A stretch of 63,244 nucleotides of DNA, counting the filler, from Sluysia triapertura (taxonomy: Eukaryota): the NCBI GenBank assembly GCA_046118255.1. It is 5 parts of 5 records of this genome, joined end to end, with 100 filler letters (N's around TTAATTAATTAA, not from the genome) between each part and the next. Parts side by side here need not be neighbours in the genome. Positions count along the whole stretch, not along the records: positions 25,884 to 38,893 come from JBJNIA010055216.1; positions 38,994 to 50,978 come from JBJNIA010150051.1; 3 more parts are not named here. The stretch is one strand, 5' to 3'. Below the pieces are notes generated by a model. That model was given only the letters and a program-made list of their open reading frames with translations, did no database searches and was not told the DNA's origin. Below are positions 33,676 through 48,464 of the stretch, piece by piece. The position numbers and the translations under genes are program-made. Numbering within the stretch: position 1 is the stretch's first letter; every line of letters starts with the position of its first letter.

Positions 33676-34307
33676 CAATAAGAATTCTAGTCTGTTCTGC
33701 AAAAGCCTGTTCTTTATTCATTTGATCACTATATAAACTATTTAAGGTTGCATCTGATCCAGGTGAGATATCCGAGAAAAGTCGAAATGCCATTTGAAGA
33801 GATACAACTTGTTGTAATATGGTCAATGATTCGCGTTTTAAATTAATCAACATACGTAATTGAGTTTGTTGCAATTTTAAAGCTTCAACTCTATTTTCAA
33901 TATGTAATTCCACAGTACGTCCAGTTTGGCTAGTTTTTCCAAAACTTTCTGTTTTGTTCTCACAAAAGTATCAAAACCCCATTTTTTTAAGTTAGTCACT
34001 TTTTCACCAAAATCCGGAGATCTCGATTCCATTAAATGTTTTTCATTTATTTCATTGAAATTTGTTTTGGCGTCTTCATGTTTTTCACTGTCATCCATTG
34101 GTACTTCTTCTAGATTATCTTCATCAATAAACTTCTCACTATCTCGAATTTTAACATTATTCTTATTTATATTTTCATTATTATCATTTTCTTTATTACC
34201 AGTATTTTTATCGTCATCATTTGAATTTCCACATGTTCAATTATTTCAGAATTTTCATTTACACTTGTTACAATATTATTTTCAGTTTCTATTTTGGATT
34301 GTGACAT
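33676..34307 (-). CDS. Arfaptin exon 1, with two apparent 1-nt deletions
   Basis: LKKWGFDTFVRTKQKVLEKLAK/TGRTVELHIENRVEAL is the arfaptin AH-domain start; frame breaks near 33926 and 34228; donor gttagt at 33675; candidate ATG at 34307. Confidence 0.75.
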
Positions 34308-35069
34308 TAACAACAGAAAATATAAAATTTAATATCTTGAATGTTTAATCCTAGTAACTGTTTTCCAAACTCTACAATGGCATCAAACCCACTCATGTGT
34401 ATCTTTAGAAATTTCTTTTTCCACATCTAAAGGTGTCAACGACCATACAGATCTGTAGAATCTATCATTTGATATAGCTAATTCGGTTGCATTCGTTTGC
34501 TCGTTAGCCATCATTTTAAAATTATTTATAAAGGCTTTAAAAGTTACAATAATAAATGTAATAAAAAAGGTAGTGTTGTAGTGATGACGAGGTGGCAACT
34601 GGCGTTTCGTATGAGAAAATGTTAATAAAAAAGATTTTATTACGCGTCTATGATTTACCCGGGGGAAAAGTGATAATGTCGATATTGTAGGTGTGTTTTA
34701 TTTCGTTATGATTTTTGTTTGTGATGAGGTTTATGTGATTGATGGTGATAGTGAATGGGATGCATGTAGTATAGTGAGGCGTAACACCACACCTTTATCG
34801 TAGTAATGTATGCACATACATTGTATCAATACCATAAGAAAATAAAATGTAATTATACAAAACACAAACAAAATCGATTTAAAGTATCAGTCCTAATATA
34901 AATTAAATTTATTTATATTATTTAACAAAACAAATGTAACATTAATTTAAGTACATCATTTTACGTACAAATTGCAGGAAGCAAAAATAATTTTAATTAT
35001 TACTGAATCATATATAAGTACAAAATATTATAAATAGTACACATAAAGTAATTTGATAATACTGAAGAT

Positions 35070-35900
35070 ATGATTTTATTTATTATCAAAATAATTCTTA
35101 TTATCTTTGCATTCATATTTAATATTGTGTTTTATGTTTTCATCGAAAAATATCAAATATCATCTCGCAAATGTTTACTAATAATGAAAATTCAAACAAT
35201 GATTGATATAATATCGGTACTGATTTCATTGTCGAATGTTATAAATTTTACATTATTTATAACATCGAAATTAATTCTTGATATTATATGCACTATTCAG
35301 TTTTTTTCATTTTGGTTTTTATCATACTCAAGTTCATTCATGATGGCATTATTGGGTTTTGATCGATTAATTTGTATTAAATTTTGTTTATTATATAAAC
35401 AATTAAAATTGAAGTATTATATTATTGCAGTTATAATAATAATGATGATGTATTTAGCATTTTTTGTGGCTCAAGGTATATTTTCTAGAGTGGATGTTTA
35501 TTCAACTTGTACAGTGGAAGGAACTAATTATTACTTGTTAATGTCCGATGCTGCTATATACGGAATACCGACATTCCTTATGATTATAACAAATATCTGT
35601 ACTTTTATTGCTTTGAAACAAAATATGAACAAAGAATTAATACCGAATACAGAAAGTACAAATCGTAAAAAACTATTAGTACGCTTTACTATGGCTATTT
35701 GTATTTCCATAACAATTAATATTATAATTACGATATTTTCGGTAATATTGTACTATTATATATTACCTACGACAAATTTAACTTTAACGCAGGCACACAA
35801 TATTGCTCATTGTGTAGCCTGTATTACAACAATGATAAACCCGATTGTTTATTTCATTTTATTTAAAAAATTTCGACAATTTTTATGTAAAACGTGTTAA
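35070..35900 (+). CDS. Intronless divergent class A (rhodopsin-like) GPCR, 276 aa
   Basis: Seven hydrophobic segments; TM3 Cys and GFDRLICI (DRY-like); extracellular loop 2 Cys; TM7 NPIVY; helix 8 KKFR. Confidence 0.9.
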   Translation: MILFIIKIILIIFAFIFNIVFYVFIEKYQISSRKCLLIMKIQTMIDIISVLISLSNVINFTLFITSKLILDIICTIQFFSFWFLSYSSSFMMALLGFDRLICIKFCLLYKQLKLKYYIIAVIIIMMMYLAFFVAQGIFSRVDVYSTCTVEGTNYYLLMSDAAIYGIPTFLMIITNICTFIALKQNMNKELIPNTESTNRKKLLVRFTMAICISITINIIITIFSVILYYYILPTTNLTLTQAHNIAHCVACITTMINPIVYFILFKKFRQFLCKTC

Positions 35901-38893
35901 TTTAAATTTGATCTTTATTATTACTAAAATTTGCACATTATAAATAATTTATTATTTCTGTTTTCGAGTTATTATTTATTTTAAATGATTAACATTATTT
36001 ATACCAAAGGTGTCAAAAGACACCTTTTAATTTGAAAGTATTTTCTAAGTTTAACTATTTATTCTCAATGCATGTTTTGACTTTAATTTACTACCTTCTT
36101 CATTTCCTTGCAACATTTTACTTGAGTGTGTAACCGCAATATTTATTCTTGTGAGAGTTTTAATAACAATAGCTCCTTTTAAATTAATTAAATTTTAACT
36201 TTAGTAAATTCTTTTAGTAAATTTAATATGACCGATCTCACTTATTTTATTCTAATAATACTAATACTCGTAAAAATATTATTCAAACAAATATCTATAT
36301 TCGAAAGTATGCAATGACAATCAGTTAATACAATGTACTAAAAGTGTCTTTATTATATGAATACAGTCCAAAGTATACAAGTAAGAGGATGTAGATTTAA
36401 TAATAAAAGTAATATGATCAAATTAAAAATTAAAACCGATAGAGGTCTTTAATTTATGATAAAAATACAATTTAAAATCGATTTTACTCCTTAACAAATT
36501 AGAGAATAACCATGTATAAATTAGAATTTCAATCTGTTTTAAGATATTAATTTCAAAAATTAATATCACCTTAATAATACTAACTAAAAAATTCATGGAT
36601 TTGAGGAAATGAACTATATAAAAGGAATTCTAATCAATAATTGTTAAACAATAAGTTTATCTGCTACTCCATGCAGAATTTATTACTGATGGAACTAAAA
36701 TCGTCGGCCGAATGATGTGTCGTCTTGCTTTTACAAACCCAAAATGGTGCTCTGTCAAAATTAAAAATTTGAAGCAAAATGGCGAATTATAATTATGGTT
36801 GCTTTGTGATTCAGCTGCAGCTATAATGATCGAATTATAAAATTTTCGAGAACATTCTAAAAAGCTCTTTTTCTATGTTTAGAAGCGAATTTTCTTTTAT
36901 AAAAAATAAGTTACTTTTATAGAAAATAAGATTATTGAGTGAGTTTAGTGGGTTGTGGTGATTTTAATTCTACTATTGCAACTTTGTTTTTGCATGATAG
37001 AAATTTGGCACCCGATGAATTTTTAAATGAATACGGTTACCCTCTAGCCACCATAGTTGTTCTACACATCTCTTAGTTGTTCTATTCCCAATAAGACTAT
37101 TAAAAATAAAATAGATAAGGATTACTTAACCACTTCATTTACGAATAATAATAATAATAAATTTTAGAATAAAATTGCAGACACTGATAATGAACAGCCC
37201 TATTACATAGTAGATTTGAATGACAACCCACATACAAAGACTTTAAATAAGGAAACCAATACTCTTAAGAGAAGACTATGCATGCCGAGAAAAGAAAAAT
37301 ATAGTGATCAGTTAGTAACTTCTAATTTAGTTAGTAAAAATATTGTAGACTTAACAAAAATTACTTCAATAGTGATAAAATTGAGTTAGATACAAGAAGT
37401 TTAATTTACACCCTATCATCTGTTAAATTTGATAACTTCGATAAGTATAAAATATTATTGCCTAATATTAAGGATTATAAAAATACTATTGACAAAATAA
37501 CGCAACAATTAGAGGAAAAGTAGAGATAAGGATATAAATACCGGCTTAAATAAAGTGAAACTCAAAATTGTAAATGCCTACATATTATTTCAATGCGATA
37601 AGACTTCTTACTACAGAAAAAATAGATAAGATAATAAATTTTGTAGATACAAAAAGTTATGGATTGAAAGTCAAGGTAGTTGGAAAAATATAATTAAAGA
37701 AAGAGATAAATTAAAGTCTAACGAAACTTTCAATATGTTTTCAAATATATTAGGAAATAATAACATATTGAGCAATATAGTACCTAGGTTAGGTAACTCT
37801 ACTAATAATATGTTGTTTGTAATTATTTTGCTTGTTATGTTTGATATATATAAGACAAATGGAATTAAGGCATTTGACTTCATTAGACCACAAATAGGTA
37901 GTGTTAGTATTTTCTTATACTTTGCAAATTGATTATTTAATTCTAAAGGTCCGCTCTAATCCTAAGGAGATGCACTCGCAAGTAACAGCACATAGACTTA
38001 AAAAGCTTTTCTTGTAATTGAAATATATGCGAATGTGTACTCTTTTCTTGTAATTAATAGTCTATTATACTTAGAAAACTTCTGATGGTTTTTTCTGACA
38101 ATTAGCTTATGTTCTAACTTTTTTATAATAATCACATATAAACCTTATTCTCTTCAAAGGTTAATCTTTTTCTTAATATAAAGGCTTAACTCACCTGTAT
38201 GTAATTCCTAAAAGATTCACCTCCTTAATTGTGTTTACTTTTTTAATTTTAATTAATTTTAATATCGTATCAGGATTTATATTTCAAAACGATTATGATT
38301 CTCCCATTGAGGAATTAAATAAGAAACAAATAGATAAAGGAAATTTAGAAAGACAAAGACTAAAAGAGGTAGAAACCCCTACGATCTATGGCTAATAAGG
38401 AAGAAGACGGTTTAATATTTATGTCAAAAAATTCAATCATTAGGTTTGGTAAGGAAGTAATATAAACTAATCACCAAGGAATTTATTTATCAGAGAAAAT
38501 AATCCCTCAAGCTAAAAAGGGAGTTGACACTAATAATTGAAAATTAAAGACATACTTTAACAATAAGATTGATTTTTACTATCATTTAGGACTGATAGTT
38601 TATCAAGACCTTTACGTGGTAGTAAACGTCTTACAACTTGCAGTTGTCGCTTCTGCAACTAATAAGTTAAGAATTTTGCTATATTTACTTAAAAACACGT
38701 TGCTATCTCAACTATTTTAGGAGGGTTTTAACAATTTTACTTTAAATATATCTAAATATATCAAATCAATTTATCTAAACAAAAACAACTATTAAATAGC
38801 TGTTCAACTTTTCTAGGCTTGAATCAATTATAAAATTATTAAATTTACGGGTTCGCCTGTGATACACGGTTTATATTACGCGAAAGACGTGCT

Positions 38894-38993
38894 NNNNNNN
38901 NNNNNNNNNNNNNNNNNNNNNNNNNNNNNNNNNNNNNTTAATTAATTAANNNNNNNNNNNNNNNNNNNNNNNNNNNNNNNNNNNNNNNNNNNN
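38894..38993. other. Artificial contig spacer
   Basis: 44 N + TTAATTAATTAA + 44 N. Confidence 0.98.

Positions 38994-39054
<61 letters not shown>
38994..39054. repeat. (TAA)n microsatellite at contig end
   Basis: Direct reading. Confidence 0.95.
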
Positions 39055-39056
<2 letters not shown>

Positions 39057-42000
39057 CGATAATAATAATAATATACTGCTACTTTTGTTTAGTCAATCCA
39101 ATTATTTATTTGCCTAAAGACAGATCAACTATTTTCTTCACTAACCATTTTACTTGTTTAATTTTTACAAATAGAGTTGCTAAAATTATTTTCAGTAATA
39201 ATTTCTTATAATTTTAAAGGCACATCAAATGACAAATATTATTGAAAGTAAATTATTAAATTTGAAAAATGTAATTCAAGTATTTTCATCATTTTGAAAA
39301 ATTAATATTTTGTATTTTGTAACAGTTTTTAAATTTAAATTCATCAATTCATTACCATATGGTTTATCCAAATATTAAATTTCTAGTTGTGTTTTTAAAC
39401 ATTTCTGAAACATTTTACTATATTACATTTCAAACTTACATTTTTTAAACAATACTTAAATCAATAAAATCACATGCATTTGAAAAATCTAAATAAGTGC
39501 ACTATATGACATTGTAATTTAATGACTAAGTATTATGTTTAGTGTCATATTCTCGGTATCTCAGAATGCTTGTTATCGCAAATGAAATTAAAAATTTCTA
39601 AAGAAACAGTAATTTCAATAGTCAAACATACACATTAAACGAAGCTCATAATTGATATACCACCTATTTGTGCAGCGAGGTCAGGATTTACTGTTCAGAT
39701 TTCTGTTTGAGCCAAGGTGTGGTTTGTTTCACCCACGTTTATTTCCAAAGGTACAGTAACATTCCTTAACCATTCTAAAAATTGCGTGAATTTATAAGAT
39801 TTTAATATTAATTTTATGTTCGAATAGTAATCACTTTGGTTTTTCTGTTAGATAGTTTCTTCTCAGATTCTTCACAAAAAAACAATAATGCATACGTTTT
39901 TTATTTGGGCAAAAATTACGGGAAACATGTAATTTAAATTTATTTTCGTGTGCTTCATATGAAATGTTTGCAATTGCTGATTAGACCTCTCTTTTCTTGA
40001 CAATACTTTTCTTAATGTCAAACTGAGCTTTTAAATTTTCCTGTAATTAGTTTGCGTTTCGTAATTGACAAGTTATGGTACTGTTATTTTGATTCATTTT
40101 ACCGTTTTATTTGTCTTTCATTACTCTATAATCCTATATTATTAAATGTATTTTACATTTTAACTTTTCGTATTTCCATGCTTTTCTTTCGTAAATTACG
40201 TTTGACTTAATTGGATAATTTTGACTTAAGTTATTTGTTTGTAGTGATTATTTGGATCCACTGCAGATAACTACTCTTTTGTATTGTTGCTAATATTATA
40301 GTTTTAATTAATATGTATAGCTTCATTTTTATCCACAATAAAAATAAATAAAATTACGAAAACAGTTAGGCAAAAAATTAAGCATTGTATCAGAACATTT
40401 TAAATCAATTCAAAATAACAAAAGCATTAAATTTTCGTGTTATTTATAACTGAACAATTTAAAATATGAATTAAAGTATTTAAATCACATTAAAATTTTT
40501 AAATTTTTGATTAAATTGTATGTTTTCATTTTATCAAAGAAAATTTACTGCAAAGAGAATTTTAATACAATTTTTGAAAATATTATGTATTATTTATGTA
40601 TTATGTAACGTTTAAACAAATATAAATTGAAAAGATATCATTATTCGATAATTTTTGAAAATTAGTAAAAGATTCTACAACATATTCTTTATGTTCATTT
40701 CAAAAGTATCAATATATCAACACACGCACAAAGTGTAATAATATAACTAAAACCATTTAATAAAAACAGTTATTTAAACACATGTTGTGTATGTTGTTAG
40801 TAAAAATATTACTTTGTTTGTATTAATAAAACAAAAAATTATATCTGTTTGAAGTGAGCATGAAGTAAGTAAATTTTATTTTACTTATGCGATAATTAGA
40901 ATTAATTAATTAATGTTTAATTAAGGTTACATTATGAATAAAAATTATTATTAACGTTTATTAACGTTTATTAACGTTTGATACTACAATATACAATGAT
41001 ATTACAATGATTTTACACCCATTTATAGATGTCAATTGATGAGATATCTGTGCTAGTTTTACTTATGGTAGAATTAAAATCAGTAACAGGTTTCTAAAAG
41101 GAAATACACAAAGCAACTTAAAAGTTGGATAAAATAAATTTTAATAAGAAATTCAAATTCATTAAAGTTAGTTTCCTGAAGACTGTATAAACCATTTCAT
41201 TGAAAATGATCTTAACTTTTATCTGATATATACACCCATCAAAGAAATTTGATACACAACACTTTTTGAATTTCCCAATTAAAATTCAACATCGATCACA
41301 CATTGATGAGACCTACACTTTCGAATAGGTGGTCAAAAATGTATCTCATTATGTTAAATTTTTCTTTCGTTAAAAAGATTTTTGTAACAAAAAAAATCAA
41401 ATTTAAGACATTCGAGTTACTAATATGTTACTGTTACATATTATAATTAATTAATAATAACTCAATATTTCACAAATGCTATTGAAAATACAATTCCATT
41501 TTCAAATTGTTTGAGTTGATGTGTATAAATATATAATAAATAATTATTCTGTTTAAGTCATGTAAACACATAAGTAGGCAAGTGTAGCACAACCAAGTAT
41601 GAAACTCAAAAGAAATTGGTTGGAACTAACTGATATTAGATTAGATTGTCTTGTTTGCACAACCACAGACAATTAAATTTAAATAAAAATTAAGCTTCTT
41701 CAATGTCGGATTCACATTACATGTTAACAATGATTTCAAGCTGCACTGATCAAAAATAAAGATGAACTTATTATGCATTTTTGCAGTGGATTCCATATTA
41801 ATCTCTTCATTAAAAATGCTTAAAAATTAGCACGAAATTTTTCAAATTAATTTTCTGTTTATTTATTCGTAAAAACTTCTTAAATTTAATGGAACAAACG
41901 ATTTATTTGTATTAATGAAACACTTAACAAAGTAAATAGTTAAAATGTATCAAATTTTAAGATTTAAATTGTTAAGTAATATTTAAATAATAAAATCAAT

Positions 42001-42211
42001 TAATAATCTTTTGAAAAATTTCTCTTTATTACCATTAGATAATTATATTAAATTGACAAAGACTAAAAACAGAATAAGTCTAAAACAACAATTATTTCAA
42101 TAAACTTCTAATTAAACTTTTATCGAGTAAAAACAACAAAAACAGAAATTATAAGTTAAATTATAATATATTTCCTATACTCTGCGAAACAAAATATTTT
42201 TGTTTACATAA

Positions 42212-42268
<57 letters not shown>
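42212..42268. repeat. (AAT)n microsatellite
   Basis: Direct reading. Confidence 0.95.
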
Positions 42269-43613
42269 TTCAATATTTATGCAAGATCTAGTTTATTTGT
42301 CCGACGAATTCAATAAGTAATAAATTTTTAGTGAAATATTAGTTGAATAGAAGTTTAATTTAGATGTAATTTTTAAAAAAAAGATTGTTTACATAATTAA
42401 AAAAGGATTTTGATTATTTATGTAATAAGTAAAACGAATAATACTATATACAAGCATGACATAAGTTGCTATTATTGAGCAGAAAATGAGAACAAAAATA
42501 CTGAAAAAAATTGTAATCTTAACAGCCAAAGGTTTATTTTAAGCAAAGTTCATCGTAATTGGTCAACTCTCTAGTCGTACAACCAGACTAAAATAATCAC
42601 ATGTCTAAAAACGAAAAATACTACAAAGAAATAAAAATATAAAGAATAGAAAAAATCAAATGAATGACACCAAATATTTACAAATGAGGAAATGAAATTT
42701 TTGCGAATCATATCAATGATAAACTCTGAGGAAATCTTACCGGCTGGAAAAAATGCCACTAAATTATACATTAAACTTAAAAGTCACAAAAGCGCTTAAG
42801 TTTCAAATTAAGTAATGATACAAAGGAACTAGTTATCTTCACTAATTCTAAACAATCTCCGGAAGCCAAAACATACTGCATCGAAAATAAACTAAATAAA
42901 TTTTTCATACAGATTGAAAGAGGTTCAAAATGGTTATAAAAATTTCAGAATTCAAATCTAGAATTCAAATTCAAAATTTAGATTCAGTTAATCATTTTAA
43001 TCATAATTTTAATACGAATGATTTTATTTTATTCTTGTTCTAGTTTTATGCTAGAAAACACTGTTAACGCATCTTTTAATTTGATAGTTAAATGATTAGG
43101 AAAAACTTTTACATTTCATAAATTGATAAGTAATCATAATTAATAATTTAAGCTTTTTACATTGAAAATGAAAGATAAACTTAATCTCACAATTTCTCTA
43201 GTGAGCAAAAATATTACATTTATTCAATAAATTCTTTACTTTTTTAAAATACAAACATACGATTCGAAACAAAAATTAATGAAAATATTTTATCAAATTT
43301 CTGTGTTTAAAATGTTCCCACATTCAAAAAGCATAACAGAAATAGGAACATTAAAATAATTAAGCAATATTGCGTATAAAAATTTATATACATTCGTTAA
43401 ATAGTAAACAAATTCAATTTTTAATCATGAATTGATTATTTATTAGATAATTTTCAAATGATTTAATACCAAACTACTTATTTTTTCTAAAAGGAAAATT
43501 ATTTTTTGGGAAATAAGTCTATAAAGCATTCAGAAATTGGAATAATTTAGATATTGAAGTAAAAAATATGACTAATGTGACTAAAGTAAATAGTAATACT
43601 AATGATGTTAAAA

Positions 43614-45130
43614 CAGGGGTCGGCAACCTACGGCCCACGAATGGATTTTGACAAGTTCATGAAGATATTTGACTAGCCTCTGACCGCATGTTAAATAACG
43701 ATAATAAATTTAGTAAACAAAAAATTGTTTTAATATTCATTAAAATTCAATATTTAAATTTTAAATTAACCCATGAATTCCAAGATCAGGAAAGTAGATG
43801 GCGAATGTCGAAGTTTTCAAGATACTTAGACGTTTTTTTATCGAGCAAAATGGAAAGCCAACATGTTTTATTTGTCGTGAAAAGTGGCAAATATCATGCA
43901 CCATTACATGATCAACTACTTTGAAAATTTTAAAAAAATTACTGGAGATGAAGTTAAGCAGCTTAAATCAAAGTTTGTAAAGTATATATCATCTTTTACG
44001 AAGAAAAGAAGTGGATGTGAAGCTACACTAGTGCAAGCTATGAAGTGTCAAAACCTATCGCTGAAAAGATGAAACTGTTTGTTAAACAATGTTTAATGAC
44101 AGTGGTGGATATTGTTTGCCAGAAAAGTCATTATTTTCTTCCATAAGTCTATCTGGTAGGACTGTCACAAAACGCATTGAAGAGATGTCATCAGATGTTA
44201 AAGTTGTTTAATGAACGCCTGCAGCGAATTGCAATATTTTTCAATTAGAGTTGATGAGAATACAGACTTAAATGACGCCACTCAGCTTACAATATTCGTG
44301 CGAGGAATACTGTTTCCATGTTTTTGAAGAATTTATTCAGTTAACTCATTTGAAGGATACAGCTACTGGAGCAGACATCTTTGATGTGGTGATTAATATG
44401 ATATCCAAAATGAATTTTGATATTTCAAAACTAATTGGCATCACAATTGATGGAACACCAGCAATGGCGGGAAACTAAAAAGGTTTTATTGCACTACTAC
44501 AGGAACACATGGAAAATCTTGGAATTCCACAGAAGCTGGTGAAAATTCATCAAGAAGCTTTATGTGCTAAATCTTTGAAATTCGAAAACGTAATGGGCAC
44601 TATTGTGAAAGTTGTTAATCTGATCCTATATCGTGGATTAAATCATCACCAATTTAGGCAATTTGTGGTGGATACAGAGGCTGAATATGGAGACCTAGTC
44701 TATTTTTCCAATGTTCGCTGGCTAATCAGAGGTTCAATGCTCAAAATAATATTAAAGTTACATAATGAAATTGTAATTTTCCTTCAAAGCAAATATTTAG
44801 ATGCATTACATTTTCGTGATCCTGACTGCCTTGCATCTTTGACGTTTCTTGCGGACACTACGAGTCATTTAAATGACTTGAATTTACGCTTGCAAGGTAA
44901 AGCTCATCTTATAAATGAAATGTTTGGTCATATTCTTACATTTGAAAGAATACAAACCACAAAATCCAGAAATATTTGTGAATAACCTAGTTAACCATGC
45001 AAAAAGATGACATCTTTGGAAGTACTTACCAATGTAAGCAATTATTTTCAGAGTTGAGAGCAAGATTAACCGATAGCAATTTGAATAATGTTTTGTTGTT
45101 GGCATCAACAGACCTTTTCAGGTGACAATG
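43614..45130 (+). mobile_element. hAT (Buster/Charlie/SPIN, GTF2IRD2-like) transposon with a disrupted transposase; right end missing
   Basis: Left TIR CAGGGGTCGGCAACCTACGGCCC preceded by tgtTAaaa (NNNTANNN target pattern); transposase fragments ITIDGTPAMAG, IHQEALCAK, RGLNHHQF, VRWLIRG, HLNDLNLRLQGK with stops and frameshifts. Confidence 0.9.
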
Positions 45131-48073
45131 AACATCAAGCTTCTCATTAATTATTCAAATTTTGGATTTTTGAATACAAATGATTTTTATGAGGTTTCGT
45201 TACGCAGAAAACGAAGGATTTTTAAAGAAAGAAGCAAAGTATTAGAAACTTTGGCACTAGACCAATTAAACAATTAGTGATAGCGAAGTATATACCACGG
45301 TCATTTGAATACCATAAATACTTCTTTAATCTAAATAATATTTAATTTTTATGTTAATAATTGGATTACATCATTAATTTTGAATAAATTTGATTTCGTG
45401 AAAACTGGTAAATTCATTCATTTTGTTACTTAACTATATTATTATTGTAAGTTCATCCATTCTCGTAACATAACGGTATTTTATTACTTTAAATTCATTC
45501 ATTTTTGTTTCAATATAATTTATAGCTTTTACTTTTATCCTAAGCATTAGAGGACAAACGTTAGGAACACAACCCTAATAGATATAAAAATAATTAATAA
45601 TTATATAATTTATAAAATATATATTAAATAACACCATTTACTTTAATTCAACAACAATAATCGTAATAATGATATTAATAGTAGTAGTAGTGGTAATGTA
45701 AATTTTGTAAAACAATTTAAAAATAAAAGCATTCTAAATAAATCTTGAATATGTAAATATTAATATTGCACATTCTTTAAAATACCTAAATTTCGACGAT
45801 ATTTATGTTATAACTGAAAAACTGATAAAAACCTAAAAAATATTTATGAACACCAAAACGCATCCAAAAACACATCCAAATAACAAAGTAGAAACCAGAT
45901 ACCAATAGACAAATGGGGAAAATGAAGGCAAGAATCCATAAAATTTAATGAGCATCTAGAAAACATTACGAATCAAACGCATACCTCAATAAAATGTGAA
46001 AAATACACAACAATGAATTCTAACAGACACAAATAAATACTAACTGGCAAGACGGGTATAAATAAGTATATAGTATGAAAAATAATACATGGTAAAAATA
46101 TATCACCAAAATGATATTAAATTGATTAGAGAGAAATATTAATAGACAGAAGTTGACTATAGAATATTCTAAAAATTCTAAACAAGGAAAAATAAAATAT
46201 AAACATTTTGATATTTACATTTATATTAATTTAAATATGCTGGTAAGTAATGCATTACTTGTCTTCAAGTCTTTAAATTCTGTTAAATCGTTAATTAGGT
46301 TTAAAGCCTATTGTAAAGAAATTGAAATAAAACCCAAGGTATCTAATTCAGTTATTGACTTTCGAATACGCTTAAATCCTTCAATAAACAAAATAAAAGA
46401 GACTTAAGGTCTCTTACTATATAAATGTAGATACTGTATTATAAATTACACAACACATAATAAAGTAAATGCACATGGAATTTTAATTTTTCATCAAAAA
46501 TTTCAATACAAAGCTAAGATGTATATATGCTATTTAAATTCAATTTTTTAAAATTATCAACCAATTCGGGTATGTAGTTGATAGAATCAGTAAGGAAAAA
46601 AGTTCTGTATCGAAATCAATATTTCTATTCTTAGCACCAAAAGTACAAATGTATGTATATGGGTCGAGAATCATGATTTTGTAAATCATATAAGTAAAAA
46701 AGAAACTTAGATAATATTTCATCCAAGGAGGTGTTACTCTTTAATATGTTCTGAAATAAATTTTTATTTGGTACGGGATATTAAACTCGAACTTATTTAG
46801 CAATTTCATCTCTGACGATAACTTTGTAGTACATATATACAAATTTGAAATTTGTATATCCTAACTTTATAAACTAAAATCAAGTAAACAAATATCAAAC
46901 ATTAAAATCTTTATCATATATAGTAAAATTAATAAATAATCCATAAAAGTTCTTATTTAAACGTGCTCATTATACAAGGAAAATAACAAACCAGCTGCAT
47001 TAATAACTTTTACCTATTCCTAAAGTTCTAAAACTTCTTCCGCAATGTCAGGAAATACATCATCTATATATTTTATATATTACATGATTATGCTTGCATC
47101 AGATACAATTCTTAATTTTTCTGTAAATGTTGTTATAAATTGAACAAAATATTACAAAAATCAAAAATTGTAAATTTTAAAAAATCGTGCAAAAATGAAA
47201 AATTTAATTTAATTAAAATTTAAATTTACGAAAAACAAGGTTAATAAAATCAGTATAGCAAAAAATTGTTAGTTTCATTTGAAATATGATCAACATTTTA
47301 TTTCAATCTTATTTCATTTCACAAATTTCAAAAATCCTGATATAACAAATTTTGCATAGAGTAAACAAACATTTTAAAACTTCTTTAACCTATTCTTTTT
47401 TGTAAAAATATTTGGCACCATTTGCAAGTATGTTTGTTACCATTTGCAAGTATGTTTGTTACCATTTAAACCTAGACATTATATTAATATCTGGACGTTG
47501 TGGAAACTGTAATAAAATTTTGTTTTTTGATTTATGGTATAATCATATTATTATATAGAAATCAGTAATAAATTAATGATTTTACTATTTAAACTTTTTT
47601 CATCCATGGCCATTGTGTGTTATATAAGTCCCATAAATTAAATGAAACCAATCATTCACATTTTAGCTAAAATATTCAATGAGAAAGAATTCTTGTACAA
47701 CAATATTTTTTTCTAAAATATGTAATTAGTTAAGATATCCTTACAAAAACTGCTGTTTAAATTTCATTTTTATATTACAAATATTAATTTTACCATCAGT
47801 TTTCTTCATTTCAAATATGATCTTTTAATTACATTCTTAAATGTTTAGAAACTTACTTTTATTTTAAAATGCGTTTAAAACAAAGGGAGATTATTTTGTA
47901 TTTTGCGATGTATTTATTTCAGTCTAATAACATTAGTTTCTTTATATAATCAACATTTTAAATCGATTTTTTTCGGTCATTGGATATTGTAAATTTATGT
48001 TTCTGCACAATAAAATTAATTTTTTAGTATCTGTAGACCACTTTCTTTATGATAAAACATTAAAAATAAACAG

Positions 48074-48074
<1 letters not shown>

Positions 48075-48152
<78 letters not shown>
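48075..48152. repeat. Perfect 78-bp palindrome (TAA)13(TTA)13
   Basis: Direct reading. Confidence 0.95.
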
Positions 48153-48153
<1 letters not shown>

Positions 48154-48464
48154 ACTAATTAATTAACATTTACGTTATGATTTTATATCTGTGCAATAAT
48201 AATTGATTTATATTTTCAAGATTTTATGAGATAATTAGAAAAGAATTATTTACCTCATTACTTTATGTAATTAATAGATCTTTCCTCGAAAAATTAATTA
48301 AAAATTAGCATCATCTAGTAACAAATTTTGTCAATACAATTCTGTCAATTGTATGGGAGATTTAAATCTTACTGAAATTAATCTGTAACTAAGCGAACAT
48401 AAATGCATGGTACAAATGAAAAATATTTTTTTAAAAATGCAGAGTCACATAAATAGGATATTGG

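Noticed and set aside
33926-34348. 140-aa plus-strand ORF
   Set aside because: Antisense shadow of arfaptin exon 1.
47418-47467. 22-bp tandem duplication (also small ones near 40950 and 54862)
   Set aside because: Ordinary local slippage duplications.
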